A DNA stretch of 64,000 nt, from the NCBI GenBank assembly GCA_951406725.2, contig OX597831.1, positions 10,292,001 to 10,356,000 on the forward strand, written 5' to 3'. Below are positions 26,560 through 41,821 of this stretch, piece by piece. The position numbers and the translations under genes are program-made. Every line of letters begins with the position of its first letter. Positions within the stretch are counted from its first letter, which is position 1. This DNA is from Octopus vulgaris. Its lineage: Eukaryota. The notes beneath the pieces are model-generated. The model did not search any database. It saw only the letters and a list, made by a program, of their open reading frames with translations, and was not told the DNA's origin.

Positions 26560-27610
26560 GACAAAAAAAAAAAATAACCTTTTTATAGACGCTGAAATTC
26601 ATACTGAAAAAGTTCTCAATGCAAAAAGATTACGGTAAAAGGAATTAACGTTGTCTGTTTGCCCCAGGAGAAATTAATTGTTTTATATTTTGAACCAGAC
26701 GCCAAAAACACATGTAAGGTTACACAGACAATGACTGCAATGAGACTATACTGAAAAAAATATTGTCATAAATATATGAAGGTAGCGAACTTGTACAAAT
26801 ACATACATTCTTTAAAATGTCTTCTATATGACTACCATGTTTAGTGGAGGATGATAGGAAACAAGCATCGATAACACATGAAGAGGAGAATTACTTTCTC
26901 TATTCAGGTTGTCTTACAAATGCGTAAGAGATTTTAAATCGCTAGGAGTTTTGAAAACTTTAAAACCTAATTGCCAAATAGCGTCAGAAATGTTTTGCAA
27001 AGGAGATTTCAAAATACAGGAAATAATGAAGACAAATTGTACCAGTGGCCAAGAACAACTGGTTTCAAATCTAGGGCAAAGATTCATGACTAGCGTTGAA
27101 ATTCTGATCCTCCTAGAAGAAATTGGACTTAACATGTAATGAAGCAGAAAACATTATATGGAAGGGAAGAACCATATTGCTTCGATTTTTCCAGTTTTAG
27201 CTAAAAAGAAACTTTATCTATTTGGAAGAATTAGTAAATAGCAATGGAGAGGAAATATCAAAATGATTAAATAAACTCCCTTTAAATCTTTGACACAGGT
27301 GAACCAAATTGTAGTAGGAATAAGAATTTGATTAAGAGAATAGTATAGTTATGAACATCACTGTACTCATAAAGGTACATCGGTACAAACTGTCATCGAT
27401 GTAAGCACAAAGGTATATCAAAACCCGATGAATCAGGTAGGATAACAAATGTATATATAAAAAAAGAAAGAGAAAAGCAAGAAGTAAAAGAAATTCCAAT
27501 ACTGAATGAAATTCTTAACAAAAAAGTCCAAAGAAAGTTTAAAGAATTTTATGATATGACAAGTGAATTGGTGGAAGATCAACAAAGCGTGCAACCAGTC
27601 ATTTACGGTT
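26560..27610 (+). pseudogene. Highly decayed LINE ORF1-like remnant with zinc knuckle
   Basis: A-rich coding-like strand bias. From 27391 CHRCKHKG, which becomes CX2CX4HX4C only after restoring one base and reading TGA as Cys. Confidence 0.3.
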
Positions 27611-28085
27611 AATCGGAACGAATCAGTCAGTAACGAATGCAGTTAGAACAATTCTCTGAACAAAACAAACAGCATCACTCTACTTGAAAATGATTTTATC
27701 GAAAGTTAGTCCAATATAAGATGAAAATCTATGCTGTACCGGCAGCAAAAGATGCCAAAGAATTCCAAGTTTGAGTGTGGGTAGTGAAGAACTCATTACC
27801 ACCAAAATTGCTCGAAGCAGAGAACACGACACCTGGATAAAAGTGGCTGATACTGGCTGATATAGAAACAATATATCAGGCACCACAATGTTCCCGATAA
27901 ACGGAAGGCAAGAAAATAGAAGATTACAAGATTCTGGTTAAAATAATTCATAAAATGAAAAGAAAAAAACTCAGGTTCTGACATTTTATTTAATGTGACT
28001 GCAAGAATTAGAAACATCTCTTTACGTTTCACCGAGTGGCTGGGAAACAATTACTCCACAAGAATAAAATATACATAATTTGTGT

Positions 28086-28117
<32 letters not shown>

Positions 28118-31100
28118 CGTCTGTAACATAATATGAGATGCCAACGATTGAAAAACAGTTGAACACAGGTCTACTTTATCAGAGCTGATATGAGGCTAAA
28201 TAATGATATGAATATAAAAGAATTACGTTCCTTTAAACGTCTGTTTGTATCTTAAATCGTTCGGCATCGGCCGCTTGCGCGTTCATTTCTTTGTTCTTTT
28301 GTATTCGTAAATGAAACTCATAGAGATTTTAATAGTTTATGCGTCATTTAAGTCAGTTTGCTCCTCGTCCCTTGGCGTTAGTCTATACCGTTTTACGTCA
28401 GTTAAAAGTTCGTACTAACAATGTAGGTTTACTAGAATAATAGTTACAAAATAAAGGTTTTTCTATACTCCTTATATTGATTTGTAAAGAAAATTACCTA
28501 CATACCGTTAGTCACTTTGCTTTTCCGACGTAATCTTAAAATGTTTTACCACGTGTTTTTTTTTTCTTTCCTGTGCAAATATCTTACGGAAACTTAATAT
28601 CAATCTATACTTGATCAGCATTATATAATTCTGTTAGAAATTAAATAATTTTTAATCGATATTAATTTACTTGGTAACAACCTTAATATCCACCTGAAAA
28701 CAAAACAAATAAATTGATGGGTACACTGGATTAAGTACGAGCCGCTGGCGTTGGTGAGAAAGTTTTTCTATTTCTAGTCCTCACCCGAAAGGCAACCCAA
28801 CTACAAATCTATTTCCAAGAACTCTTCGAAAATATTTGGTTGTCATATCTTGCAGATAGATTAGTTGGTAACTTAGAATATTATTCTAAAGTAATTGATA
28901 TTTTTGAGATATGAAACGATAGACATATCTGGTATTCCACAGAGGGTTTCTGTTTCTGAATTGTCAGAGCAACAGGCATTTGATATGAAATCGTTGTATA
29001 TGAAACAGAGATATGGATATGCGCCCAAGAGATATCAACCATTGTGTAAAACAAGTCATCCTATAATAATATTATATTTGAATATATTATAGTAACTAAT
29101 TACCAAGCATTAACATTTCTGGGTAATTTTATTCTAAGATAGCAATAAACAGCCGTGAAATAGAAATCTTCAGATAAGAGCAGACACCGTCTATAACTCT
29201 TCTAAAGCCATCGTGGATTTGGAAGTCTATTGATGGATTTAGAAAGAGGAGATAGTCGCAATGCAAGGTAACGATAATGGTTGAAGCTGAAAGTAAAAGC
29301 TTACTGTTGCATTAAAAAGATACTAACAAGATTTACTAGTAATGAATCTAGGGATAAAGGCGCTCCATTTTTATGCGCCAGCCGCCATAATAGGTCTCTG
29401 TTGAAGATCCAGTCTCTAAATCTCTCTAAAACTTCTTAACGAATACGGTTTCCTTGAATATCAGTACCAAAACTTACAAAGATTATATTTCATTCAGCTT
29501 GGTATCGCTGGAAATATATCTTCTGATAAACACTCAACTTCTATATACACCGCGGATAATTTTATAAATCCGTTGAAAATGTATAAACATATGGTATTAG
29601 GAAGCGTCATCTATTGACGTCTAATTTTAAAAATCAGAAATTCCTCCTGCAAATACATGATGCAGTTACATCTATTGGTTATGCTGCAATGATGAAATAT
29701 AAACAAAGAAATCCTTTGACTAACATATTTGTGAAACACCGTCCTTCAAAAACATTTCTATTCCTGTCTGAAAGTCCGGGGCGAGGAATTATTCACCGAA
29801 ATACACGAAAGCAAAACGAAGATGTGATTTACTTCTCTGAATTTCACTGATTTCATTGTTCAACTGGACATTACGATGGTAAATATAAGCGATAGTTAAG
29901 TGTAGTTAAGTACTGGGGTTAAGGCGGTGGCCGCAGATTTAATCTTTGTACATACATACATACATACAAACATACACACTAAGGAATCTCCAGTCGAAAG
30001 TTTTGTTTAAAGAGGTGCACACATGATTTGTCTATACTAATCACATGTATGTGGTGTAGCATAGCGCAGTCATTGCATCAAATGGACATTACCTGTACAG
30101 GGGAACAAGTGTTCCACTGGTCAGATGTCGAAAATATTGCGTAACAATATGAAATAGAGTGTTTTGCCAAAACACATTCCCGGAATCGAATCCATGTTTC
30201 AGCAATTGTGTGAGCAGCCCTTACCATTCGACCACATTTATACACTGGCCAGCGATGAACGTGGGGCAGTTGGAGAGAATATCATTGAATTGACAATTAG
30301 TTCAGTGTATTCTATCCTAGATTATGTAATAAACTGCGAAAAAGTGTCCGATTCAGACAAGGCATCTTCAGAAGGTCCGGTGATGAAATGGTCAAACCTC
30401 TGTGACTCTGATAATATAAATGATGGCACATATAAATATATGAGTACAAATTATATTTCTATTGCGCAGAGATATTCTCACTGATGTGAAGTTGAGTTTG
30501 ATGGCGACGATGATGGAACGCTTTATAGTTTAGAGTCGTTTATCAATCAATTCAACAAGACGAATTTTTTTAATGTTCAATTCTGTGAATACAAAAATTC
30601 AATAAATGAAAAATATCTGAATTTAATATAGAGTTTGAGTTCGTTCTTTGTTTCTATATAATCTTTTATAGCTCACATCGTATTTAGCAGATTAGCTGCC
30701 TCGTCTCTGGGGATATGACATATTTAATATGACGTGTGATAACGGAACTCATTAGCAGTTCAGTTTGGCGTTAAATGGGAATCAACAAGGAATTAAGCTG
30801 AGAGAATGGTTAGAGCAGCAGAAAACTGTCTCCCTTCTGTGTTTCTTTTTTTTTTTACATTCCGAGTTGAAATCTCACAGAGTCCGATCTTTCATTTCAT
30901 CCTTACGGGATCGATATAACGAAAGTACAATTAAGCATCGAATTTCATCGGATCGACAAGATTACTCTCCTGAAAAGTTGTTGCCCGTGTGCTAATCTCA
31001 GAAGAGAAAGTGATACGATTTTATAAAAGAACCTTTCACGTCATAAGTCAAGCTATAAGATAAAAATCGCAGCACCTTTATTTTTTATCATTAATTCGTC

Positions 31101-32069
31101 CATTACGTCCTGAGTTCAAATTCCGCCGACGTCGACTCTGCCTTTCATCATTTCGTGGGGGATAAATTATGTACCAGATTCGCTAGTCAGGGTAGCTTTC
31201 AGGGTTGATCTGAGAGCTCTTCACTGATGCATTAAATGCATTCTTGAAGCGCTCCTTCTCTCCACGTTGTGTGTTTGCCCTTCGCCAGTTCAACGCAAAG
31301 CAGTCTCGTAATGAATCATGTATCAGGCATTCAAACAAGGCCGCCTGTCCACTTTACTTGCTCTTTCTTCATCGATGTGTAAATGTTTGGCAGATCAGTA
31401 AAATATCCAAAAGGTTACGACCATTTGGAAACTTGGGAATTTTCTTAGGAAGTTTCATAGAATAGAAAGTTTGCTGCATCGCGTCTGGCCATATATTTTT
31501 CACTATAGATACGAAGATAGAGGGACGAAATAGAATGAACAAATAGCGTCTAATTGATATACCTTCAAACACAGAGACATATTCCAAAATCATATATGAG
31601 TAAAAATGATAAGCGATATATGAAAGAGCGTTATCGAAGGCAAATATTTGATTCAGTTTCATTGATAATTCCAACGCAGTTCGACATTACAATCGTATAT
31701 TCCGCAATCTGTAATACTTAAATATATATTACTTAAAATCAAAGGACAAACATTTCCAAATTGGAGTTGATGCGGATATGCTTCACATTATATTGATATA
31801 AGAAGAGACTTTGATGACAGCTGATGGTAGATATCCAGTTATATTTCATATTCAATCGAATTATTTCATTTTCTATCTTACTCTCTCACTTTCTCCCCCT
31901 CTCTCTCTCACGTTCCATCTCTCTCACTCACGCTCTCGAATACACTGTCTTCTTATATATGTCCGTATGATTGCGAACAGAAGGATAGATAAATATCCAC
32001 AAAAGTCTTAAGACATAGACCTACCCATCTTATATATTCATATAATTAAATAAGTGAATACCCACACAT

Positions 32070-32141
<72 letters not shown>

Positions 32142-32512
32142 GTATATATGTATGTACATATATATATGTATGCATATATATATATATATTCATGGCGAAA
32201 GAGATTGACATATATGCATAAATGAATATATACCCATGTACATGTGTATATGTGTGGGTATGTCGGAGCCAGCGTGAGTGTGTGGATGCATGTTGTTTCA
32301 CTGCTGTGGCTGGAAGGAAACACTCTCTGGATTTCGCCCCCCCCCCCCCCCATCAAATGTTTGATCCTGCCAAACTGTGATCCTCATAATCTATAACACA
32401 GAGAATCAAAGAAAATAACTTTCAAACAAATTGAGATTCCATTCATATGAAACTTGGCATTTACGTCAAAGGTCGGAATATTTCCTGTTATATATCTCTA
32501 TAGGCTGAGAAT

Positions 32513-32634
<122 letters not shown>

Positions 32635-32641
32635 ATGTATG

Positions 32642-32687
<46 letters not shown>

Positions 32688-33009
32688 CACATATGTGAGT
32701 GTGTAAGAGAGCTAGAAATCAGCTGTTTGTTGTATAAATCGAATAAAATGATGAAATTGATGACATTAAATGATTGATCTATGACAAAGATCCATGTTTC
32801 GTGTTGTAATCTATAATATTCACCACTATATATTGAAGAGTGTATCAAAAAATATTTAGCTTCGCTCAACTGGTGCTAACTTGCCATTCACAATAGAGTA
32901 ATAATTCACAATAGAGTAATAATTATACAAGCTTCAAGAGGTACGTACTTTGTGACAATTACTCTGCATTGCTCTGATTACACTCCTCACCTAAGTGCTT
33001 CTTCTCTCT

Positions 33010-33140
<131 letters not shown>

Positions 33141-33145
33141 TTTAC

Positions 33146-33335
33146 TGAGATATACTTGCATAGCAAGTAACCTGATGTGAGATCGGTTGCCGGAATGGCA
33201 GCACGGAAGTTTGGCAGTGATCAGTTCGCGGTTTCAAAGCGATGGAAATATATTGGCAAATTAAATTTAATTGTTGAACTGAATCTAACGGTTTTTGTGT
33301 GTTTTTAAATGGCTTATAGACACCTTCCACGCTGC
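33146..33335 (+). mobile_element. Second copy of the 12253-12588 PLE-like family, lacking the central part
   Basis: Same termini (GAGAT.TACTTGCATAGCAAGT and TTCCACGCTG), inserted in (TAA)n. HHR-like fold at 33210-33260. Confidence 0.7.
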
Positions 33336-34140
33336 AATAATAATAATAATAAATTCCTGAAATCATCTTTCAAGAAAACGCAGTACTAACGAAATACCTT
33401 GAGTGTCTCCTTACATTTTGACTGAATTATTACCAGCAAACGCTTCCAAATATCATGTCTGCATAAATACTTAGAAACTATTCCTACCGAAAGAACGGAT
33501 TGTATGGAATATTTTCCATTCACACGAAATGTTCAGATTGTTCCGAATTTATTTACAACTTACGATGATTCTCCCAATGGAGACGCCTTCGTTACAGAGA
33601 ATCTATCACAGAATCGTATCGCCTAATAAAGGATTTATCACGTAGTAAACGATTTGAAAGCACGAAAGAGCTAGTTTAGTTCAGATACACTGAAAGTTCT
33701 TGGTACCAATGTACGCTAACCATTCAAAGAAGAAAGGTCTGTGGCGATAGCGTGTCTATATTAGCAATGGAAATGTCTAATAGTTTGGCGGTGGTGAATT
33801 AGCGTGTATCTAGTTTTGTTTCACACCGATTTCATTTGGAAGTCGTCTCAGTAATTTAGTCTTCTGTAACGATAAAATAATTAGCGGTTAGTTACTGTTA
33901 ATCAAATTAACCGAACATACACATTTCCTCAAAATATAAGGCTTCCTGTCTATGTTGAAGTAACACTAATATTACAAGTTCCAAAGCGTAGATTTAGCAT
34001 AAATAATTCAACACCAGATATATTACTAAACCATATTTAGGCTACAATGTATAATTAGTATGTCGGTGAAGAAGGAACTTAACAGAATGTGTAGTCGCAA
34101 GAGAGGAAAATGTGAATGAGATCATATCTCTCAGAATCAT

Positions 34141-34376
34141 ATATTTCTTTATTGCCCACGAGGGGCTAAACATGGAGGGGACGAACAAGGACAGACAAAC
34201 GGATTAAGTCGATTACATCGACCCCAGTTGCGAAACTGGTACTTAATTTATCGACCCCGAAAGGATGAAAGGGCAAAGTCGACCTCGGTGGAATTTGAAC
34301 TCAGAACGCAACGGCAGACGAAATACGGCTACGCATTTCGCCCGGCGTGCTAACGATCCTGCCAGTTCGCCGCCTT
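34141..34376 (-). mobile_element. SINE family A
   Basis: Full length, 15-bp TSD ATCTCTCAGAATCAT. Confidence 0.92.
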
Positions 34377-36118
34377 ATCTCTCAGAATCATGGCATACTA
34401 TATATATATGTCACGTTGTGGTTCACATCCTTTTCTGGATACCTATCTTTATTTTGTATCATTGCATTTCTGTTTTGTATTTAAGTTGTAACCATTATGT
34501 ATAAAATGCTTTCCACCTACGTCGGACGCTGGTGATACACACTGCGCAAGATGGAGAAATTGCTGTTTCCATGCAAGTGAATTACTATCAATACACATTT
34601 ACTTTGATGCGTGGGACAGGAATAAACGTGATTTATATAGAGTGGCTCACAAACAAATACAGGAGTAGAACAACCAACAGACGTTTGGAGGGTTTGTACT
34701 GCAATGGGAAGTGAAACGAAAGACATTGATGACTCGCGCAGTTGTCATTTGTCAAGAGAAGAGGAACAAAAAGAGAATAAATATATTTTAAGGCTGTAAA
34801 AAGCAAGTTGCTGTAATTCAGAATAACACAACCTTTCTGTTTTTTGCTTTGAAAGTATTTTCCTTCTCTCCGCCTGGCTATCTTGATAGAGAGCATCCAT
34901 CCGAAATGTCACTTTCTCTTCCTTTTATTTATTGATTTCTTTGTATATTTTTCCCGCTTTAGTTCTTTAGCCACTCAATATGTATTTTTATACTAGCTTA
35001 ATGCAAGGCAAACCCATAATACATTACTTGACTTATTATTAGAAGAGATGCTGTTTGTATGCTTGAACTCTACTAATGTGTATTTGGGATTCGATCATTT
35101 ATAGTGTACAAGTGTCAACACCATCTCGATTATCAAGAACCAAAGCAATTCGAAACTTGATCCGAATCTGGAAAAGCTATTTTCATTGAAATGGTGATGC
35201 AACATAAAACAAGGCTGAAGAAACTTATTAAGCATTACTTCCTTCTCTCTCAATTGATAATGCGATCGGACACTCTGCTTTGTTATCGTTCTTGACAGAC
35301 TTTGCAGATTACACCTCTGATCGAAACCATTACCAATCTGTTTTATTTTTTATATTTTGTTCATCTGGAGCAACATTATGTAAAATCTTTTTATATTGTT
35401 GCTTTTAAAGAAGGAACGCCTGATTCCGGAATGATGTGGATGATTTTCTAGATTATTCAGCGAGATAGTGTTGTTGCACTTTTGTCGGTCACTTGTTCAA
35501 CCATAAATATGGAGGCTTATCAAATACAATCCTAAAATTGCCATTTCGTTCATGTTCGGACACTGAAGAACTAGGATTCCATTAGTCTTACGTAACAGGA
35601 AATCAAATAATTTAAGAAGGATTTTGTTGCTGTTTCTAGCAGTCTACCTGTCAGTGTGCAGCCTTCCACTTTGACGTATTGTTTCATCTAATGGATATTC
35701 TCATTCTTGCTACTGTATTTATTCTTGTATTTATTTTTTATTGATTAACTTTCGCAGAGAGGTCATGTGGTCAATGACCCTCCCATTACTGTTTTTTTTC
35801 TTCTTAGGGTGATATTCTCAGATACATAATTCCGCAGGCCAATATATGATTGCTGATTTTACGACTACCGAATAATTACATAAACATGTTGTTGGTGAAT
35901 GTTAACCCCAGAACAAACCTACTTCAGATGATTTATGATAGAAATAGCTCTGTTCTTACTAATCTTATATTTTTGCAAACAAGAGGCGTTAGTATCCATT
36001 CTGCTTATATTATAAAAGAAAAACGGGGGACACGCTTTGGGGATTTGGCTGCTATTTCTACCATGCAAAGTCACTGTATAGGGGATGCACCACTTCAGTT
36101 ATAGTAAGTGATAATGTT

Positions 36119-36499
36119 CTTTTCTACTCGAGGAACAATGCCCCAAGTACTAGGGGAGGGCGTCAGTCGATTAGATCGAACTCAGTACAGTATCAGCCTC
36201 CAAAGGATAAAAGGCAATGTCGACCTCGGTGGAATTTGAACTCGGACCGTAAAGACAGACGAAATACCTGTTTCTTTATTACCCACAAGTGGCTAAACAC
36301 GGAGAGGACAAACAAGGACAGACAAACGGATTAAGTCGATTACATTGACCCCAGTGCGTAACTGGTACTTAATTTATCGACTTCGAAGGATGAAAAGCAA
36401 TGTCGGCCTAGGCGGAATTTGAACTAAGAACGTAACGGCAGACGAAATACGGCTGCGCATTTCACCCGGCGTGCTAACGTTTCTGCCAGCTCGCCGCCT
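36119..36499 (-). mobile_element. Dimeric family-A SINE
   Basis: Same monomer junction as 11393-11786. Imperfect TSD TAGTAAGTGATAATGTT / TAGTAATTGGTAATATT. Confidence 0.8.
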
Positions 36500-37030
36500 T
36501 AGTAATTGGTAATATTACCGTGTTAACACGCTGAGCGTTAAGCTGGATAAATGAATAAATTGTTTAGAACATCGGACCCAACAATTATATTCTGTAATAA
36601 AACCTCGTGGTTCATTTGGGGTTCCTTATATTCATTCTGGCTCTAAATAGTGTTTCCCATTATACGACTGACTCTTTCCTGTCAAGCTTGCTGGTGCCTA
36701 ATTCCTTTGTAGCTGTATCTCATCATAAGAAAACATTATTGAATTAATTCCAACATGGCTTTTATGAATAACACACTTAAATAATTGTTTCAATTGAGCG
36801 AGTATACAAAATATTTAAGATGTAAAATAATTTATACGTAATAGTACATTCTGCACAGCGCCTAGAATATTTTAGCGAAGGAGCGAGTCGATTACATGGA
36901 CCCCTGTGCACAACTGGTATCCATTTCATCGATTCTAAAGAGATGAAAGACAAAATTAACTTAAATGTAATTTGAACTCTGAACGTGAGGATTGACAAAT
37001 CCGCTGTCTCACAGTCTTCTTCCATGTTAT

Positions 37031-37250
37031 AATCCTTTCTACTTTGGGAACAAGGCTTGAAATTTGAGGGCAGGGGACTAGTCGATTACATCTACCCCAG
37101 TGTTTCACTGGTATTTAATTCATCGTCTCAGAAAGAAAGTATGAAGAGCAAAGTCAAGCTGGGCGAAATTTGAACTCAGAACGAAACGACGAGCGAAACA
37201 CCGATAAGCATGTCGTCCAGTGTGCAAATGACTCTAGCAGCTAGACGCTT
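37031..37250 (-). mobile_element. SINE family A, older subfamily with alternative tail
   Basis: TTTGAACTCAGAACG, CCCCAGTG..ACTGGTA and tail CTTTTCTAC. Confidence 0.75.
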
Positions 37251-37276
37251 TTTTCTACGTTATAATAAAAACCGAA

Positions 37277-37508
37277 AAGGCGGCGAGCTGGCAGAAACGT
37301 TAGCACGCCGGGCGAAATGCTTAGCGGTATTTCTTCTGTCGTTACGTTCTGAGTTCAAATTCCGCCGAGGTCGACGTTGCCATTCATCCTTTCGGGGTCG
37401 ATACCTAAAGTACCAGTTTCGCACTGGGTTGATGTAATCGACTTAATCCTTTTGCCTGTCCTTGTTTGTCCCATCTATGTTTAGCCCCTTGTGGGTAGTA
37501 AAAAAATA
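37277..37508 (+). mobile_element. SINE family A
   Basis: Full length, TSD TATAATAAAAACCGAAA. Confidence 0.92.
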
Positions 37509-39615
37509 TATAATAAAAACCGAAAGATACTGGCAAATAATTAGCTGATCAGAATAATAACAACCCTCTGACCTTACACAAAAACTAATGATGTATAATA
37601 GTGTAATAATTAGAAGGCTCATTAACAGCAATTAATACATATTTCTAATAAAGCTTGGAATTGATAGAGCGGCTAATCACCAAAATACGTCGTTATATTT
37701 GTGGATATAAAGTGTATGGCACTGTTGACACTTGGAATTGTCTTCAGATATATTTTCTTGTTTCAGCATCCAGGAATATATATTTAATAATCTGGTAAAT
37801 TTTCTATAAATTTGAATGAGATTAATGTCTACAGAATAAGAGACGCAGTAATAAAGTTTACAATGCTGTTTCTAGAGGTGACGTTTCAACCCGAATGGTT
37901 TTCGAATGATTTTCTTACGCTCATATTTCTAAAACCTATATCCTTTATTATTAATTTACCGTTCTCTTCGCTTCTATCTAGTCTCCAATATAAATGTATT
38001 TTCATGGGTTTCTTTTATGTACATGCACATATGAATGCGTGTTTCTGAGGGTGATTGATATTTGACATGGCTAATAGATCTTATTCGCAATGCCATTTCA
38101 TATTTTGCCATAAATAATAAGTTTTCACTTCAACAGAAACAATGTTAAATTCTGTTGCCATGAATATGGTAACAGAGAACCTATGAAGCCCGATATATTA
38201 TCAACCAATGCTACAGTACAGTTATTAATAATGGGTTCGAATTTAGGCACAAGACCAGCGGTGGAGAGGAAAATTCGATTACATCGACCTCAGTGCTCGG
38301 CTAGTACTTCTTTTATCGGCCCTGGAATGCAAATTCAACCTCAACAGAATTTGAAGGCAGAACGTAAAGACGGACGAAATGCCACTAACTGTTCTGCTTG
38401 GATGTTAACGGTTCTGCCAGTTTGCCACATGGCAGCTTCTAATAATAATCCTAACGCCTAATAGACGCTTGTGCAGGAATTTGGATGCGTTGAAATTCAT
38501 TATGTTGTTATACCAAATGTTAAGATTTTTTTTTGGAAGAAGAATGTTGAGTGGAATAAGCCAAAACACCGTAAGAAAGCGAGGAATACATCATACTTGC
38601 ATATGTCTAGGGATAGGGATAAGATTATACGCATTGGCCCCATCAAAAGAAAGGCCCTTTCGAGCAACATTTAGAGCTACAGAGCATTGAATTGTTTAGT
38701 AGGATGAATTGAAAGCTCTCAAATGTCGCTGGGAAAGCAAAGAAGATAATACAACTGCCTAAGAACACTGAAGTTATGCTGAAATCTGATGCACGAGCGT
38801 ACGCGGGATAAAGAGGCAACCAATGGTTTATAAGTTCGAGGTTGAAGGAGCAAATATAAAGTAGTCCTCTACGAGAATGTAGATCAGATTCTAAAGGGAT
38901 TACCAAAGATGCTATAATTCTATGTGACAGCGCGCACTTTTGATTCTACTTTTGACAGTTCACACTGCTAATCTAAAATAGGGAAATATGTTGGTTACAA
39001 ACTTTGAGCAATCAAAACTTTCCGCCTTTTGTGTTATCCTTGTATTAGAGACTATGAAAGCTAACAGTTTCTACAAAACATTGGTCGTTAAAATTGAGTT
39101 GTGTGCTTCACACTTTTAAATAATCTATACTTTAGTAATTTCACTTGCACAAAACAGAATATCATATAACGTGGAATTAAATCGCTAAAAGTTATTTTAT
39201 ACTTTCTTAATGAAATTTAGACATAAACTGGTTCAAAGATGGAGTAGCGTTTAACAAGTTTACTTGATAGTTTTTGTTTTTGTTCTATTCTTTCCACTCT
39301 TATACGCCCATACAACGTTCTCAGTTGTCGCAGTTTTGCAATATCGAATGATGGAGTTGTTGGCATTCGATTGGTTTGATAATGTCATTCCTGATTTCTT
39401 TCTTTCCTTTCAGAATTACTTTAAGATAGAACTGACTAAGTTTATGTTTTATTTACAACACCATAACTCATTCTTCCTCATTTTTGTATATTCTTATAAT
39501 GAAAACGGATGATTCACTAGTCCAGAATCTTCTCTTGTAACTTCTTTAGAATTACAATACTTGTCATAGCTTTATATCGATTTTCTTAAAGAAAAATGTA
39601 ATTAAACTAAAAAAT

Positions 39616-39679
<64 letters not shown>

Positions 39680-41049
39680 AGCATTTACGCTAGAGTCTTA
39701 CTCTGCTATTCTATCAGCATAGCTCATAAGTTTCATTTTGAAACATATGAGCAATTAACTTGAAATTCATATTGTACGGTGTTGGTCCCCAGCATATTCT
39801 TGCCGCTGGCAGAAATTCTCTAACTTAAAATAAACTTTGGAGGCAGTAAAGTATATTTCATAATCATGTGGACTCCGAACAATGAAATGCAATAAAATAT
39901 GTCTTTGTATTTTTAACAGAAAAAAATCTATTCTCAAATATATATGAGATTTCCAAGGAAACCATAAGTTTTGCATCCAATGTTGCAAAAGCAAAATTCA
40001 AAGAAAGAAATTCACAAATGCAGAATTGGAACGTAATATTTATCTATTCTTTCGGTATCGAACCAAAGAGAAAACATCCAGATATCCCAGTCAAATGACA
40101 CTGCTATTGTCTAGAAGAAGAAAAAACAGACAAAACTCTGGGTTATTGAAAATTTTCGATTACATATATGCTTCTTAGAAGATGGTACTAAATAAGAACA
40201 AACATGAGAACTTCCATATAATTACGTTCTTCATGGTCTGAAAACAAAATTTCAGAATAGCCACTCATAGCATTACGAAGTTGTAATTTTATTATGTTTG
40301 ACAATTTTCTTATTTTAAACACACTGTAATGCTTTTCATTTTTTTTATTGTTTTGAAAACAGTCGTGCTAATTCTTCTCAGGAATGATTTATTACCTGAG
40401 TTATTTTACTCAATAACAGAATATGCTACATCTGCCTGAAAAAAGTTCTCACAATAATGGACTACCTACAACGAAATCGGACAGGTAGGTAATACATATA
40501 TTATAAACATTTTGGATAATCCATTGTGCAAACACTGATTATGGGTCTGGAAGCTTAAAAATAACCGCAACACAACAGCAAAAACAAAAACGACATCAAT
40601 ATCAACAACAGAAGCAACGTAGTATCTATGCACCTTCCATTCAACACCATGTCATCTTATTTGCCAAACCTTTATGCTAACCTCAACTACTAATAATACT
40701 AATACAATTGCTACTAATACTAACAGTACTACGGATATGAGTAGCGTTACGCTAAAAGCTACAGTGACTGGTCTTCGTGATAATATAAATATGTATTGAC
40801 ACAAAGGCAGATATCATTTGGAAAGAAAAGTAATAATCGATTAAATAATCCGTAGTTGAATGGAAATTAAATGGTATATTGCCGAGGGATAGGTGGTAAC
40901 TATTTCTAAGTTTCGTCTGAAGTGCATTCACGATATGCTGTAAGTTTCCGTTTTTTTTGTTTCATTTTTGTTTTGTTTATTTTGCGAATATATTCTGCAT
41001 TGCTTATTGGTTAAGATCTGAAAAGCTTGTTTAAAATCGCGTCTTTAAC

Positions 41050-41650
41050 TCTAAATATATTTAAATAGAGCGGTTAATTGTGCGGAGTGTTATTTGCGCT
41101 TCCTGCATCATTGAAAAACCTTCTCTGGTTTCCATTACTTCATTGCCAAAAAATGCTGGATCGATGTTGTTGACTAATAGTTTCGGTTAACGGGTTCGCA
41201 AATTTCTGGATACCATATAATCCTCGCCCTTTCCATTTTTTTATAGTTCACCAGTGCAACAGGTCTTTCTTCTTGATTTTGTTATCACAATGTGATATCT
41301 TGGACGTTTAATTTGCACCGTTTATTTAATTTGCCCACATAATGGCAGACTGATCTTTGATATTCCTTTCTAGCAATAGCCGAGAGTAAAGTTTGAAACC
41401 TCATCTTCATCTCTCCTGACTTTATATCCATTCTTCTCATTTCTGCCTTGACTTACCACTAATACTCTGAGAACGAAGGAGCAACATACCATAAATTACT
41501 ATCATTGTGTATGTCCTCATTCTCAATTTTGTATTTCTGTGTTCCAAATGAGGGTCTATAAAAGTAGGACGTAGAAGCGCGACTATTTCAACCATTTTCA
41601 ACTAATTTTGAGAAGCAAATATACATGTTGGCTATATCTTGCTGAATCAC
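41050..41650 (-). pseudogene. Possible decayed piggyBac transposase remnant
   Basis: Minus-strand fragments AEMRRMDIKSGEMKMR, AIMW, RPVALVNY followed by a frameshifted KG(G)EDYM(D)QKFA resemble the YNxxKGGVDxxD catalytic region. Requires several frameshifts. Confidence 0.3.
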
Positions 41651-41821
41651 GTATCGTTATTCTGTTAAATTGCTTTTTTACGTTAAGTTGTGTTTAAATT
41701 CTGAGTTCAAAATCTGTCGAGGTCGACTTTTCTTTTCATCCTTTCGGGGTCGATAAATTAAGTACCAGTGGAGTACTGGGGTTGATTTAACCTCTCACCA
41801 CAAATTTTAGACATCATGCCT

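Noticed and set aside
40382-40490. Candidate small exon (CAG acceptor, CAG|GTAGGT donor)
   Set aside because: No homology or partner exons; such sites arise by chance in 64 kb.
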